A program made the position numbers and the translations under genes. Shown piece by piece: positions 18,401 through 27,391 of a stretch of 64,000 nt of DNA (positions are counted from its first letter, which is position 1; each line of letters begins with the position of its first letter). The notes below the pieces were generated by a model that saw nothing but the letters and a program-made list of their open reading frames with translations, made no database searches and was not told the origin of the DNA. Location: the NCBI GenBank assembly GCA_964620675.1, contig CAZUJU010000012.1, positions 2,251 through 66,250 of the forward strand, written 5' to 3'. This DNA is from an uncultured Thiotrichales bacterium (lineage in GTDB: Bacteria; Pseudomonadota; Gammaproteobacteria; UWMA-0217).

Positions 18401-18670
18401 CGGCGCGTCATTCCGATCCTGATCACCGCCACCACCACCATCGCCGGGCTGTTTGCACTCGCGACCGGGCTCGGCGGAAAATCGCTGCTGTGGGGGCCCG
18501 TCGCCACCGCGATTGTCTGGGGGCTCGCAGTCTCGACCGTGCTGACCCTGTTCATCGTGCCGATCCTGTATCGCCTGTTCATGCCCCGCAGCTACCTGAA
18601 CCCGCGCCGCCCCCCGCGCCGCGCGTGGCGGAAGCGGGCCGCACCCGACCTAACCACGGCGCAACCCTGA
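15491..18670 (+). CDS. RND efflux transporter permease (AcrB/AcrD/CzcA superfamily), 1059 aa
   Basis: MLKRLFENHVLANLTFVLVLLIGALSYWQLPREQDP... shows 12-TM RND topology with two large periplasmic loops and a duplicated architecture. Confidence 0.9.
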   Translation: MLKRLFENHVLANLTFVLVLLIGALSYWQLPREQDPTINFNWIDISTIVPGMAAEDMEKRVTDVLEDAIRGVSDIKFVSSTSRESISTILVRFNDISERVFDKRVNDLRREIQNKERELPAGAESPFIFEVTTANAFPTATIVVAGPADDENLRKQAELIEKDLGRIKGVDRILGTAVHNPELQVNFDPAALEQLGLSPTALADTVALYYRDLSAGTTEVGAVNWVVRVAGSQPDPIYLADLPVIGAEGEIRLGDVAQVIRSRARPQQLVHFEGQPAVMLAVTKQASSNTLKLVENLQRYVDERNQFRAGTGVRLVVADDQTEITRNALRIMQTNALYGLLLVLLVTWAFLGFRMAALVSIGIPFILAGTFWVLDTLGQTLNVSVLLGVVISLGMLVDDTVVIAEGMFYRLQRGWERMQAALDTLHEIASPVTASVLTTMAAFLPLMLLPGILGKFMLVIPLVVTIALAISLIEAFWMLPIHVVSARVGFDRPSRIHRLRTRWLHLLRVRYTRLLIRAMRWPRLLLGGFFMLFAFALASAVAGQVNPALFNDPVFKRLLVKTDFFASDPLRLYYVNLEMPNGTPLEATLAKAVEIEAVVRRHLEPGELRSIVTYSGQMFTEAARFQGSHYGQLLVALNPRHDEMREVDAVIDSMRADVTAVLGPAKTWFLRIAGGPPTSKPINIKVRGSELDEIRAATAALKTLLADSGWASDVSDDDSPGLNEMVLQLDSDAVRRAGLNPQGVLRSIQLWVDGEIITAVQHEGEKIEVRVRARPERHTGVGDLLGRRVPLAGGGSVPLGELVRATNQPGLGNVRHYNFRRAITVEADIDKAQTDTVTANRFIQKQWQALGTRFPNVQLDFSGELDDINESLGAIGKLMLFGVLLMYAIVGTQFRSYVQPLMILITVPMAFTGVVIGLLVTANPLSLFTLYGVVALTGIAVNAAIVLIHSANSRLGTGMSVLHAILYAARRRVIPILITATTTIAGLFALATGLGGKSLLWGPVATAIVWGLAVSTVLTLFIVPILYRLFMPRSYLNPRRPPRRAWRKRAAPDLTTAQP

Positions 18671-18676
18671 GAGCCT

Positions 18677-19615
18677 GTGAAAATATCCCGCAATCTACTG
18701 CGGACGCCCCTGAACCTCACCGCACCCCGCGATCCGGCGACGTACATCGGTCGTTTTGCCCCGTCGCCCACTGGCCCGCTGCACCTCGGCTCCCTGGTCG
18801 CCGCGCTGGGCAGCTACCTTGACGCCCGCGCACACGACGGCCTTTGGCACCTACGCATCGAAGACCTCGACCCACCACGCGAAATACCTGGCGCCGCGGA
18901 TTCGATCCGGCGCACCCTCGAACGCCACGGGCTCTTTTGGGACGGCCCCGTGTGCTACCAAAGCACCCACACCGAGGCCTATCTCGACGCGCTTGAGCAC
19001 TTGCATCGTAATGGCCTGCTCTACCCCTGCGCCTGCACCCGAAAAACGCTCGAACATACCGCCCAACCCGGCGCGATGGGACCGATCTACCCCGGCACCT
19101 GCCGCACCCGCCGCATCGACCCGACCCACGGCGCCCACGCACTGCGCGTACAAACCGACGACACCCCCATCGCCTTTGTCGACCGCCGGTGCGGGCAGGT
19201 CGTTCAGCGCCTCGCGCGCGAACTCGGCGACTTCGTCCTGCGTCGCGCCGACGGCCTGTTCGCATACCAACTCGCCGTCGTTGTCGACGACGCCGCGCTC
19301 GCCATCACCGACATCGTCCGCGGCGCCGACCTGCTCGACAACACCCCGCGCCAGATCTACCTACAACGCCTGCTCGGCCACCCCACCCCGCGCTACGCCC
19401 ACCTCCCAATCGTCACCCACGCCAACGGCGAAAAGCTCAGCAAACAAACCCACGCCCCCGCGCTCGACGACCGCTGCGCCACCGCAAACCTCCTCGACGC
19501 ACTCGCGTTTCTCGGCTTCGAGCCGCCCGCCGAACTGAGTCAGGAATCCTGCGAAGGGGTATTGAACTGGGCGCTCTCGTGCGACTGGCGCGCGGAGGCT
19601 TTCCAAGGTGCCTAG
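18677..19615 (+). CDS. gluQ: Glutamyl-Q tRNA(Asp) synthetase
   Basis: YIGRFAPSPTGPLHLGSLVAAL (HIGH-like), ...CACTR...PGTCR (zinc cysteines) and ...HLPIVTHANGEKLSKQ (KMSKS-like) are present. A GluRS catalytic-domain paralog of about 300 aa. Confidence 0.85.
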   Translation: MKISRNLLRTPLNLTAPRDPATYIGRFAPSPTGPLHLGSLVAALGSYLDARAHDGLWHLRIEDLDPPREIPGAADSIRRTLERHGLFWDGPVCYQSTHTEAYLDALEHLHRNGLLYPCACTRKTLEHTAQPGAMGPIYPGTCRTRRIDPTHGAHALRVQTDDTPIAFVDRRCGQVVQRLARELGDFVLRRADGLFAYQLAVVVDDAALAITDIVRGADLLDNTPRQIYLQRLLGHPTPRYAHLPIVTHANGEKLSKQTHAPALDDRCATANLLDALAFLGFEPPAELSQESCEGVLNWALSCDWRAEAFQGA

Positions 19616-19727
19616 CCTCATTTCACGCCATCTTGCGATTGCGGTCAGTTGAGGTTTTGCGGATTGGCTCGAAAATCGAGGTGAAACAGGGTGCTGGGCT
19701 CGGGGCAACAGGGAGTGTATGACCTTG

Positions 19728-19910
19728 CGTGCTGGGTTCCGGCATTCCTCATCGCACCTCACTGTGCACTGGGTTCCGGCATTCCTCATTGCACATCCCT
19801 GTGCACTGGGTTCCGGCATTCCTCATTGCACATCCCTGTGCACTGGGTTCCGGCATTGTGCATGTACATCCCTGTACACTGGGTTCCGGCATTCCCTGCC
19901 GGAATGACGG
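19728..19910. repeat. Tandem array of about five copies of a 37-nt direct repeat (core gtgcactgggttccggcattcctcattgcacatccct), non-coding
   Basis: Copies at approx. 19728-19763 (degenerate), 19764-19800, 19801-19837 (identical to the previous), 19838-19873 (1-nt deletion, variant), and 19874-19910 (partial, ends in the inverted repeat cattccctgccggaatg). The unit is not a multiple of 3. No unique spacers are present. Confidence 0.85.
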
Positions 19911-20465
19911 ACGGACGGGGCTTTTGGTTAGCTCATGCGCCGCTTACCACCGTCACCCCGGCAGGGATTGCCGGGGCCCAGTGTCCACGGACGGGCGGGT
20001 TGCTTGTTGCAACCAGGCCGGGTACCTCGTTGCATGAACCTTGCAACCAGGGTCAGTTGAGGATTCAGCCAACTGAAACGGATTGTCCCGCAAATCTGGG
20101 TGAAATGACGTACGAGGCCCAGTTAACGTAAAGAACCCGATTCCAACGGGTGCCGCTCCGGGTTGGCCAGGCGGGAGCGTCGGCCGCAGGGAAGCGGCTG
20201 CCGAGCCCCCAGGAATGGGTTCACGGCGTCTCCCGCCGGGCCGGCCCGGCGCAGCTTCATTCTCCGGCGTGGTGACCTCGCCATATAAGTTAACAACCAA
20301 TACCGATCAAGGAGAGAACACGACGACTAGCCGACCCGTAGCGGATCGAACTGCCGCGGCTGATTCCGAGTGCGAAGCGCGGGACGTTAGGCGCGGCACG
20401 CGCGGTCTCCTGGCAGCGTCAGTGGCCAGTCGAGTCGGATTGTTACCGGCGCGTAGTGGTACTTT

Positions 20466-20503
20466 TCGACACCGCAAAACCAGAAAGGGGCGCTCCGCGC
20501 CCC
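20466..20503 (-). terminator. Rho-independent terminator of ggt
   Basis: On the minus strand: GGGGCGC-gga-GCGCCCC hairpin (20487-20503) followed by UUUCUGGUUUUGCGG. It lies 24 nt downstream of the ggt stop (20530). Confidence 0.7.
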
Positions 20504-20529
20504 TTCCCCGAATGGTCCCGACGCCCGCG

Positions 20530-22269
20530 CTAACGCCGCAGACCGGTGCTCTCGCCAACGCGCAACGGCGTACCCACCGACACCACGGCCTTGCCGATTC
20601 CGCGCGGGTCAGACGCGGCTTCGAGTTGGCCGGAGACGCGGTCCCAGATCACGACCTGCATATCGCCGTAACGCTCACGTACCGGCGACAAGGCGTGACC
20701 GTATTGGTGCAACATCGCCTGATTCTCGGGGGTGAGCGCATCGGGTTCGAATTCGATCTGGTCTGGCAGATATTGGTGATGCAGGCGCGGCAGGCCGACC
20801 ATCGTGGCGGCATCGGCGCCGTTGGCGAACGCCAGCGTGCTCATCAGGACCATGCTGATGATCCGGCTGCCGCCGGGCGTACCGAGCACCGCGACCCGGT
20901 CATGCGCGTCGAGGAAGGTCGGCGTCATGCTCGATAGCGGCCGCTTCCAGGGCTGGATCGCATTCGCCTCGGCGCCGACCAGTCCGTAAAGGTTGGGCGT
21001 CCCGGGCTTGACCGAGAAATCGTCCATTTCATTGTTCAACAGCACGCCGGTGCCCGCGGGCATGAAGCCCGAGCCGAAGGGATAGTTGATCGTCAGCGTC
21101 GCGGCGACGCGGTTGCCCTCGCCGTCGATGATCGAGAAGTGCGAGGTGTGCTGACCGGAGTCCTCGGGCGTGAAGGTGGGCGCGAGTTCGCTGCTCGGCG
21201 TGGCGCGGTCCATTCGGATCGATTGATTCAATCCGGCCGCGTAATCCTTACTTTGCAGCATCGCCCGCGGCACATCGACGAAATCGGCATCCCCGAGGTA
21301 CTCGGCCCGATCACGGTAAGCTCGGCGCATGATCTCGGCCAGCAGGTGTACCAGGCGCGGATTTTCGAACTTGGCGAGATCGTGCTCTTCGAGTTGATTC
21401 AGCATCTGCGCCAGCAGCAAACCGCCGGACGACGGCGGTGGCGCGCTGGTGATACGTATGCCCTTGTATTTGGAGATGATCGGCCGACGTTCGGCGATCC
21501 GGTAATCCTGCAGGTCTTTGATTGACCAGATGCCGCCGGCGTCACGCACGCCTGCGACGAGGCGTTCGGCGATCTCGCCTGCATAGAATCCGTTGCGCCC
21601 GTTCTCGGCGATCGCACGCAAGGTCAGCGCGAGATCGGGTTGCTTGAGCAGTTCGCCCGGCCCGAGCGGTTGACCGTCTTTGAGAAACAGTTTGGCCGCG
21701 TCCTGCCCTTTGCTCAACGCGGCGAGGCGCATCTGCGCCAGCTTCGGAAACACCGGCCCGACCGAAACGCCCTCTTCGGCCAGGTAGATCGCCGGCGCCA
21801 GACTTTCCTGTAACGCCAGGCGACCGAAGCGCCGCGCGATGTGGTCAAGCCCTTCCGGCAATCCGGGAATGGCGGCGGCGAGCGGTCCGTCCACCGAGCC
21901 ACCGGGGATCACGTTGCCGTCCGCGTCGAGATACATATCGCGGCTGGCAGCCAACGGTGCCCGCTCACGCCCGTCGATCATCACCTCGAAGCCGTCCGAG
22001 GCGCGGTGTAGCAGCCAGAATCCCCCGCCGCCGAGACCCGATGACTGCGGTTCGACCACCGCCAGCGTGGCACTTACCGCCACCGCCGCGTCGAACGCAT
22101 TGCCGCCACGCCGCAGAATCTCCTCGCCGGCCGCGGTGGCCAAGGGATGCGCGGTCGCCACCGCCGATTGCATCGGGCGTGCCGACAAGGCGTTCGCCTG
22201 CGCGCCAACGCAGACGTTCGCAATCAATAAAAAAGCCCCGAGCAGGGGCTTTGAGAATAGTCCTTGCAT
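20530..22269 (-). CDS. ggt: Gamma-glutamyltransferase (periplasmic, signal peptide)
   Basis: 579 aa. ...TAHPLATAAGEEILRRGGNAFDAAVAVSATLAVVEPQSSGLGGGGF... and ...TTHFSIIDGEGN-like (TSHFSIIDGEGNRVA) autoprocessing Thr region. Confidence 0.9.
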   Translation of the reverse strand: MQGLFSKPLLGAFLLIANVCVGAQANALSARPMQSAVATAHPLATAAGEEILRRGGNAFDAAVAVSATLAVVEPQSSGLGGGGFWLLHRASDGFEVMIDGRERAPLAASRDMYLDADGNVIPGGSVDGPLAAAIPGLPEGLDHIARRFGRLALQESLAPAIYLAEEGVSVGPVFPKLAQMRLAALSKGQDAAKLFLKDGQPLGPGELLKQPDLALTLRAIAENGRNGFYAGEIAERLVAGVRDAGGIWSIKDLQDYRIAERRPIISKYKGIRITSAPPPSSGGLLLAQMLNQLEEHDLAKFENPRLVHLLAEIMRRAYRDRAEYLGDADFVDVPRAMLQSKDYAAGLNQSIRMDRATPSSELAPTFTPEDSGQHTSHFSIIDGEGNRVAATLTINYPFGSGFMPAGTGVLLNNEMDDFSVKPGTPNLYGLVGAEANAIQPWKRPLSSMTPTFLDAHDRVAVLGTPGGSRIISMVLMSTLAFANGADAATMVGLPRLHHQYLPDQIEFEPDALTPENQAMLHQYGHALSPVRERYGDMQVVIWDRVSGQLEAASDPRGIGKAVVSVGTPLRVGESTGLRR

Positions 22270-22282
22270 GAATTCGACCCCT

Positions 22283-22549
<267 letters not shown>

Positions 22550-22557
22550 TCACTCGG

Positions 22558-23052
22558 TCAACAAGCCCGGTTGCCTGGTTGCCGCATGATCTCGTTGATC
22601 GCCTGCACCACCAGCGGCGAAACGAAATGTGCCACGTCACCGCCCATACGGGCAATTTCCCGTACTACGGTGGACGAAACATAGGCGTATTGCTCGGAGG
22701 GAGTGAGAAACAGGGTTTCGATTTCGGGGTCGAGATTGCGATTCATACTCGCCATCTGAAACTCGTACTCGAAATCGGAAACCGCGCGCAGGCCGCGCAG
22801 AATGGCATGCGCGCCGCAACTGCGGGCGAAATCGACGGTGAGACCCCGGAATGCGCGCACCTCCACGTTGCCCATCGGCTCGACCACCTCGCGCGCCATC
22901 GCAACCCGCTGGTCGAGCGTGAAACAGGGATCCTTGCGCCGGCTCTCGGCCACGCCAACGATGACGCGTTCACTCACACGCGAGGCGCGCCGAATCAGGT
23001 CGGTATGCCCGTGGGTGATGGGATCAAATGTGCCCGGATAGACAACAATCAT
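22558..23052 (-). CDS. coaD: Phosphopantetheine adenylyltransferase
   Basis: [23 protein letters not shown]... (T/HxGH motif). 164 aa. Confidence 0.9.
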   Translation of the reverse strand: MIVVYPGTFDPITHGHTDLIRRASRVSERVIVGVAESRRKDPCFTLDQRVAMAREVVEPMGNVEVRAFRGLTVDFARSCGAHAILRGLRAVSDFEYEFQMASMNRNLDPEIETLFLTPSEQYAYVSSTVVREIARMGGDVAHFVSPLVVQAINEIMRQPGNRAC

Positions 23053-23177
23053 CCGATTACACTAAACCATGTGCCGAAGGCTCACAAGTGCTGCATTGCA
23101 CAATCCGAGGTCCGTCCGACTTCGTCCAACATCCGCGGCCGGTGGTCGGTGGTTGCCGGACAAGCGCGTAACCGGAA

Positions 23178-24308
23178 TTACCGCTCCGCAATATGCTGCC
23201 TAAGTTGGTGGCTGCGCATGGTCCAGCTATCGGCCGCGACGGCGGCCCGCCGCGCCAGTCGCCGCGCCTCGTTGTCCGTGGCGAACTCACATTCCATCCA
23301 GGCGACGATCGCAGCGGGATCGGATTCGATCAGGAGATCGCCGCCTTGCGCGAGTTCGCGAACCTCCGGCAGGGGTACGCTTTGTGTCGGGAGTCCAGCG
23401 GCAAGGTACTCGCGTGCCTTCAAGGGATTGACCGCCTCGGTCAGCGGATTGACCACCATCGGAATCCAGGCGCAACTCCAATCGCGAATCGCGTTCGGGA
23501 GCTCTCGATAGGAAACGGCTGGTTTCCAGCGGACGTTGGAAAGTTCTCGCAAGGTCGGCGGCAGATAGCGCACCGGCCCGACAAATTCTAGCGTCCAGTG
23601 TGGCGCCGCTTCGGCGACGGCGCGGATCAGATCGAAGTCGATCCATTCCGCAATCAAACCGAAAAACCCAAGAATCCGTTGCCGTGAGGGCTTGAGCGGT
23701 ACTTGTCCGAAGTGCTCGGTGTCGACGCCCTGCGGCAGATAGAGGGCGCGCTCAGGCGTGGATCCCTCCGGCAAAAGCGCACGCGCGGTCGCAACGACGA
23801 GGTCGGCGGACGCCAGCATTGGGCTCTCGGTCGCGGCGATCAGCGCCGGATCGACCCCGTTCAGGCGTCCATAGTCATCGAGCCGAAGATAAACGAGGCG
23901 ACTATGTGCGATGGATTCGCGATAAAGTTCAACCGCCGGATTTACCGAGACCAATACTGGGTGGTCAAGGCCCAACCGTCGGGCGCCATCGCCGATGGTC
24001 CGCGCGAGCGAGACCCGGTTATACCGTTGCGCGAAACGCTGGAGGTGAAACGGCACGACCCGCGGTGCCAGAACCTCGACCGCGCGGGATTCGGCGCTCG
24101 CCGATGGCGCCGAATCGCTGGATTGGCCGCGCTGGGTGAACTTGGCGACTATCCGGCGCAGATCACGGGTATTCAGCGCCGGTGAACGCATCCCGATTGA
24201 ATTGATCCACAGAACCTTGTCCTCGGGCGGAAGCGTCCGAATCAAGTGCTGGGTCGTTGAAACATGCCCACCCCAATCGTCGCCGAATACGATCCAATCC
24301 ACGCGCAC
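23178..24308 (-). CDS. Glycosyltransferase (GT-B fold, GT1/GT4-like), possibly LPS-core or EPS related
   Basis: 376 aa. A C-terminal GT-B signature region (...FVGPVRYLPPTLRELSNVRWKPAVSYRELPNAIRDWSCAWIPMVVNPLTEAVNPLKAREYLAAGLP...) is present. It follows coaD. Confidence 0.65.
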   Translation of the reverse strand: MRVDWIVFGDDWGGHVSTTQHLIRTLPPEDKVLWINSIGMRSPALNTRDLRRIVAKFTQRGQSSDSAPSASAESRAVEVLAPRVVPFHLQRFAQRYNRVSLARTIGDGARRLGLDHPVLVSVNPAVELYRESIAHSRLVYLRLDDYGRLNGVDPALIAATESPMLASADLVVATARALLPEGSTPERALYLPQGVDTEHFGQVPLKPSRQRILGFFGLIAEWIDFDLIRAVAEAAPHWTLEFVGPVRYLPPTLRELSNVRWKPAVSYRELPNAIRDWSCAWIPMVVNPLTEAVNPLKAREYLAAGLPTQSVPLPEVRELAQGGDLLIESDPAAIVAWMECEFATDNEARRLARRAAVAADSWTMRSHQLRQHIAER

Positions 24309-24532
24309 TCACTCATTGCTAGCCTAGGTGCTTAATGGACCGGAATTTCGCCGGTAGGTTGCGCGAATTACACTGAAACGCGAACGCTGCCCAGGTCACA
24401 CTGGGAACACCCGCGGCTAAGTCGAGGTCAAAGGGCTTCAACCAACACGATACTCGCAGCAGGCGTCTAATGCCCCATACCGTTCTGGCGGTTCGCCGCA
24501 GCCTCAACCCTGCCTCACGCGTCCCGCGCGTG

Positions 24533-25636
24533 ATGACGATCATCGACACCATGAACATCGGTGGCGCCGGTAAGGTCGTGCTGCAGTTTCTTCAGCATGC
24601 CGACCGGTCTCGGTTCGAGCACACGCTGTGCAACTTCCGCTACCGCAATCCGCATAGCACGGAGTTCAATGACACAGCTCAGCGACTCGGATTCGCGCCG
24701 CATCTGTTTTCGCAATCCTCAAATATCGATCCGAGCCCGATTGTGCAGGCACTGCGGCTTGCCCGCGCCGGCCAGTTCGGCATCGTCGAGACACACGGAT
24801 ACAAGGCGAACCTGATCGGCTATTGCCTACACCGTTTGTTCGGGTTGCGATGGGTGGTTTATCTACATGGCTGGACCGACGAAAGTCGCCGCATGCGTTA
24901 TTACCGCAGGCTCGATCACTTCTGCATTCGCCGCGCCGATCGCGTGATCGGGGTATCCCCGGCGCTGATCGAAACCGCCGCCACATTGCGCGACGACCGA
25001 AGCGGTACCCACCTGCTGCTTAACGGCATCGACCCAGCCAACATACCTGGATCCAGTGCGACTCGTGCAACCGTTCGCGAACGGCTTGGCGTGGCGGGCG
25101 ACGATTTCCTGATCGGCTGCTTTGGACGTTTGAGCCCGGAGAAAGGCCAAAGCATTCTGCTCCACGCCATCAAGACGTTGGCTAATCGACGGATCAAGGT
25201 CTTGTTTCTCGGCGACGGCCCCGACGCAAAGTTGCTCCGCGAACTCACCGAGCGCGAAAACCTCGTCGATAACGTCTTCTTCGTGTCGCATTCCGCCACG
25301 ACTCGAGAATACTACGATGCGATCGACCTCTTGGCGATTCCATCGCTAAGCGAGGGACTCCCTTTTGTCCTGTTAGAGTCCATGGCCCTCTTCAAACCCG
25401 TCATCGCGAGCGCAGTTGGCGCCATTCCCGAAGTCATCGGCGACGGCGTCAACGGCTGGCTGTTTCCGCCCGGCGATATCGCGGTCTTGGCGAATCGCCT
25501 GCACCACGTGATCGACCATCCAGAAACCGTGCCCGCACTCACCCGCGCCGCGAACGAAACCGTTTCAGCCCGATTCTCGGCTCGCCACCATGCCGAGCAA
25601 CTCGTTTCAATCTATGAGGCGCTCGCCGACGCGTGA
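24533..25636 (+). CDS. Glycosyltransferase family 4 (GT1 group)
   Basis: The internal Met (MTIIDTMNIGGAGKV) of ORF 24470..25636 is the likely start. ...LSEGLPFVLLESMALFKPVIASAVGAIPEVIGDGVNGWL is the classical E(x7)E GT4 C-terminal motif. Confidence 0.75.
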   Translation: MTIIDTMNIGGAGKVVLQFLQHADRSRFEHTLCNFRYRNPHSTEFNDTAQRLGFAPHLFSQSSNIDPSPIVQALRLARAGQFGIVETHGYKANLIGYCLHRLFGLRWVVYLHGWTDESRRMRYYRRLDHFCIRRADRVIGVSPALIETAATLRDDRSGTHLLLNGIDPANIPGSSATRATVRERLGVAGDDFLIGCFGRLSPEKGQSILLHAIKTLANRRIKVLFLGDGPDAKLLRELTERENLVDNVFFVSHSATTREYYDAIDLLAIPSLSEGLPFVLLESMALFKPVIASAVGAIPEVIGDGVNGWLFPPGDIAVLANRLHHVIDHPETVPALTRAANETVSARFSARHHAEQLVSIYEALADA

Positions 25637-25750
25637 TCGAAACGCCATCGGAGGTAGGTTGCAACGACCGCGCCTTTCGTCGCCAACTGCGCGTCCGGCC
25701 CGGGTACCGGACAGATTAGACCTCCCCTCCCGGGCGCGCGGGCTACGTGC

Positions 25751-27262
25751 CTAACGACCGCCCAAGCCAAGACCACCGCGAACCAATCCGACCATGTAGG
25801 CGAGAATCTCACGGTCGGTCTCGCGCGCCTGACCCGAGACAAAGTACATACCCACAAATACCAATAAATACAACGCACCGCCAAAGAAGACCACCACGGC
25901 GTCTGGCGCGCCAGAAAATACATAAAACACCGGGATCGCAGCCACTGCCGCGATCATGAAAACCTTCAAGTAATACATCCACTCAAGCCGTGTCCCCAAA
26001 AAGGACGATGCAAACCAGGTATTCACCGTGGCCACTAGCAGCTTCGTCACCGCAAAGGCGATCAATGCCCCGGTCAAGCCCAAACTCGGAATCAGTAAGA
26101 ACGCGAGCAAGACATCAATCAAGGCCCCAAGCGCAAGACTTACCAGTAGCACCTGCTGCTTGTCACGCGTCAATAACACGCTGCTGGCGGACCACGATGC
26201 AATGGCAATTCCGGAAACAAACACGATCACCTGAAACGAAAACACCGAACCCGAATAATGCTCGCCGAACACCAGCTCGACGATCTCACGCGCGAAGACC
26301 ACACCGAAACCTACCAGGGGCGCCGCCAGCAGCACCAGATAGCGGGCAATCTCGCGATATTTCTGCGCTTGGGCCTCATCGCTCTCGAATCGCGCCCGCG
26401 CCATCAGCGGGATGATCAATCCGTTAAACACCCCGGGTACCAGGCTTACAGCGCTCACCGCCAGCACAAACGCCGCGTTGAAAAGCCCTGCTTCAGCCGC
26501 AAGCCCGTAGTAATTCAGGACAAAGACCTCGAGTTGTTTATCGACAATGAAATCCAGTATGAAGATCACCGACAGAAACTTGATCGAGCGCGTCATACCC
26601 CGTCGATACGCATCGTCAAGCCTCGCAGGCGGCGGCATCAGTTCAGCATTTAACGCCCGCCTGACCCACCACCACGAAACGAGCCCATAGATTGTCGCGA
26701 CGACCATGTACGCGAATACGAATCCCGCAACATCACCCCGCCACAAACCCACTCCGATCACCAACAACAAGTTGATTGGGTTGACGACGAGATTGATCAG
26801 CAGCTGAACTCTAAACGCTTCAAGCCCCTTGGCAACGCTGACATAGAACACATTGAGCGCTTTCGGAATGAACGCAATTGAAACCGCGAGCACCAACATC
26901 CAGAACTCGATCTCGTGCGCCTGGGAATCCAATGTGGTGATCCCGAGCCACAGTACCGTCAAGGCGACGGGAATCGCCGCAAACAACACCCTGATATGAA
27001 AACCGATGGCGTCCCGCACGCCGCCACCACAGCCACGGGCTCTGAGTTCCGCAACATAGCGAATGATGGAGGTATTCACGCCACCCGACACGAGGGCAAC
27101 CCCTAGCGCGGAAAGCCAAATAAACGAGCTATATACGCCATATTGCTCAGCCCCCAGAGCACGGGCAATTACGATCGTTATAATAAGCCCGATAAAATAT
27201 TCAAGATAAGACGCAGACGCATAAAGAAAGGTATTGTTCAGAACCGTCGATTTACCAGACAT
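25751..27262 (-). CDS. Polysaccharide/O-unit flippase (Wzx-like, MOP/PST family)
   Basis: About 12-14 TM helices. The start is probably the internal Met MSGKSTVLNNTFLYASASYLEYFIGLII... (ATG ending at 27262). Confidence 0.75.
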   Translation of the reverse strand: MSGKSTVLNNTFLYASASYLEYFIGLIITIVIARALGAEQYGVYSSFIWLSALGVALVSGGVNTSIIRYVAELRARGCGGGVRDAIGFHIRVLFAAIPVALTVLWLGITTLDSQAHEIEFWMLVLAVSIAFIPKALNVFYVSVAKGLEAFRVQLLINLVVNPINLLLVIGVGLWRGDVAGFVFAYMVVATIYGLVSWWWVRRALNAELMPPPARLDDAYRRGMTRSIKFLSVIFILDFIVDKQLEVFVLNYYGLAAEAGLFNAAFVLAVSAVSLVPGVFNGLIIPLMARARFESDEAQAQKYREIARYLVLLAAPLVGFGVVFAREIVELVFGEHYSGSVFSFQVIVFVSGIAIASWSASSVLLTRDKQQVLLVSLALGALIDVLLAFLLIPSLGLTGALIAFAVTKLLVATVNTWFASSFLGTRLEWMYYLKVFMIAAVAAIPVFYVFSGAPDAVVVFFGGALYLLVFVGMYFVSGQARETDREILAYMVGLVRGGLGLGGR

Positions 27263-27391
27263 GGTTACCCGAGGTGCAATAGAGTCAGACTCCGATGCGG
27301 GCGTCATACAGTTACGGACTTCCGTCTTAATTTATCACAAGATTCGGCCCATGATTGGCCCGACGATATGCCGAACGCGCTCAACACCTGA

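Noticed and set aside
19691-20131. Plus-strand ORFs (146, 102, 62 aa) across the 37-nt tandem repeats; possible CRISPR array
   Set aside because: The repeat unit (37 nt) is not a multiple of 3, so the frame changes every copy. The copies are contiguous with no unique spacers, so it is not CRISPR-like. The composition is non-protein-like.
23057-23290. 77-aa minus-strand ORF between coaD and the glycosyltransferase
   Set aside because: It overlaps the 3' end of the 23178..24308 gene in another frame. It has no RBS and is Arg/Gly-rich.
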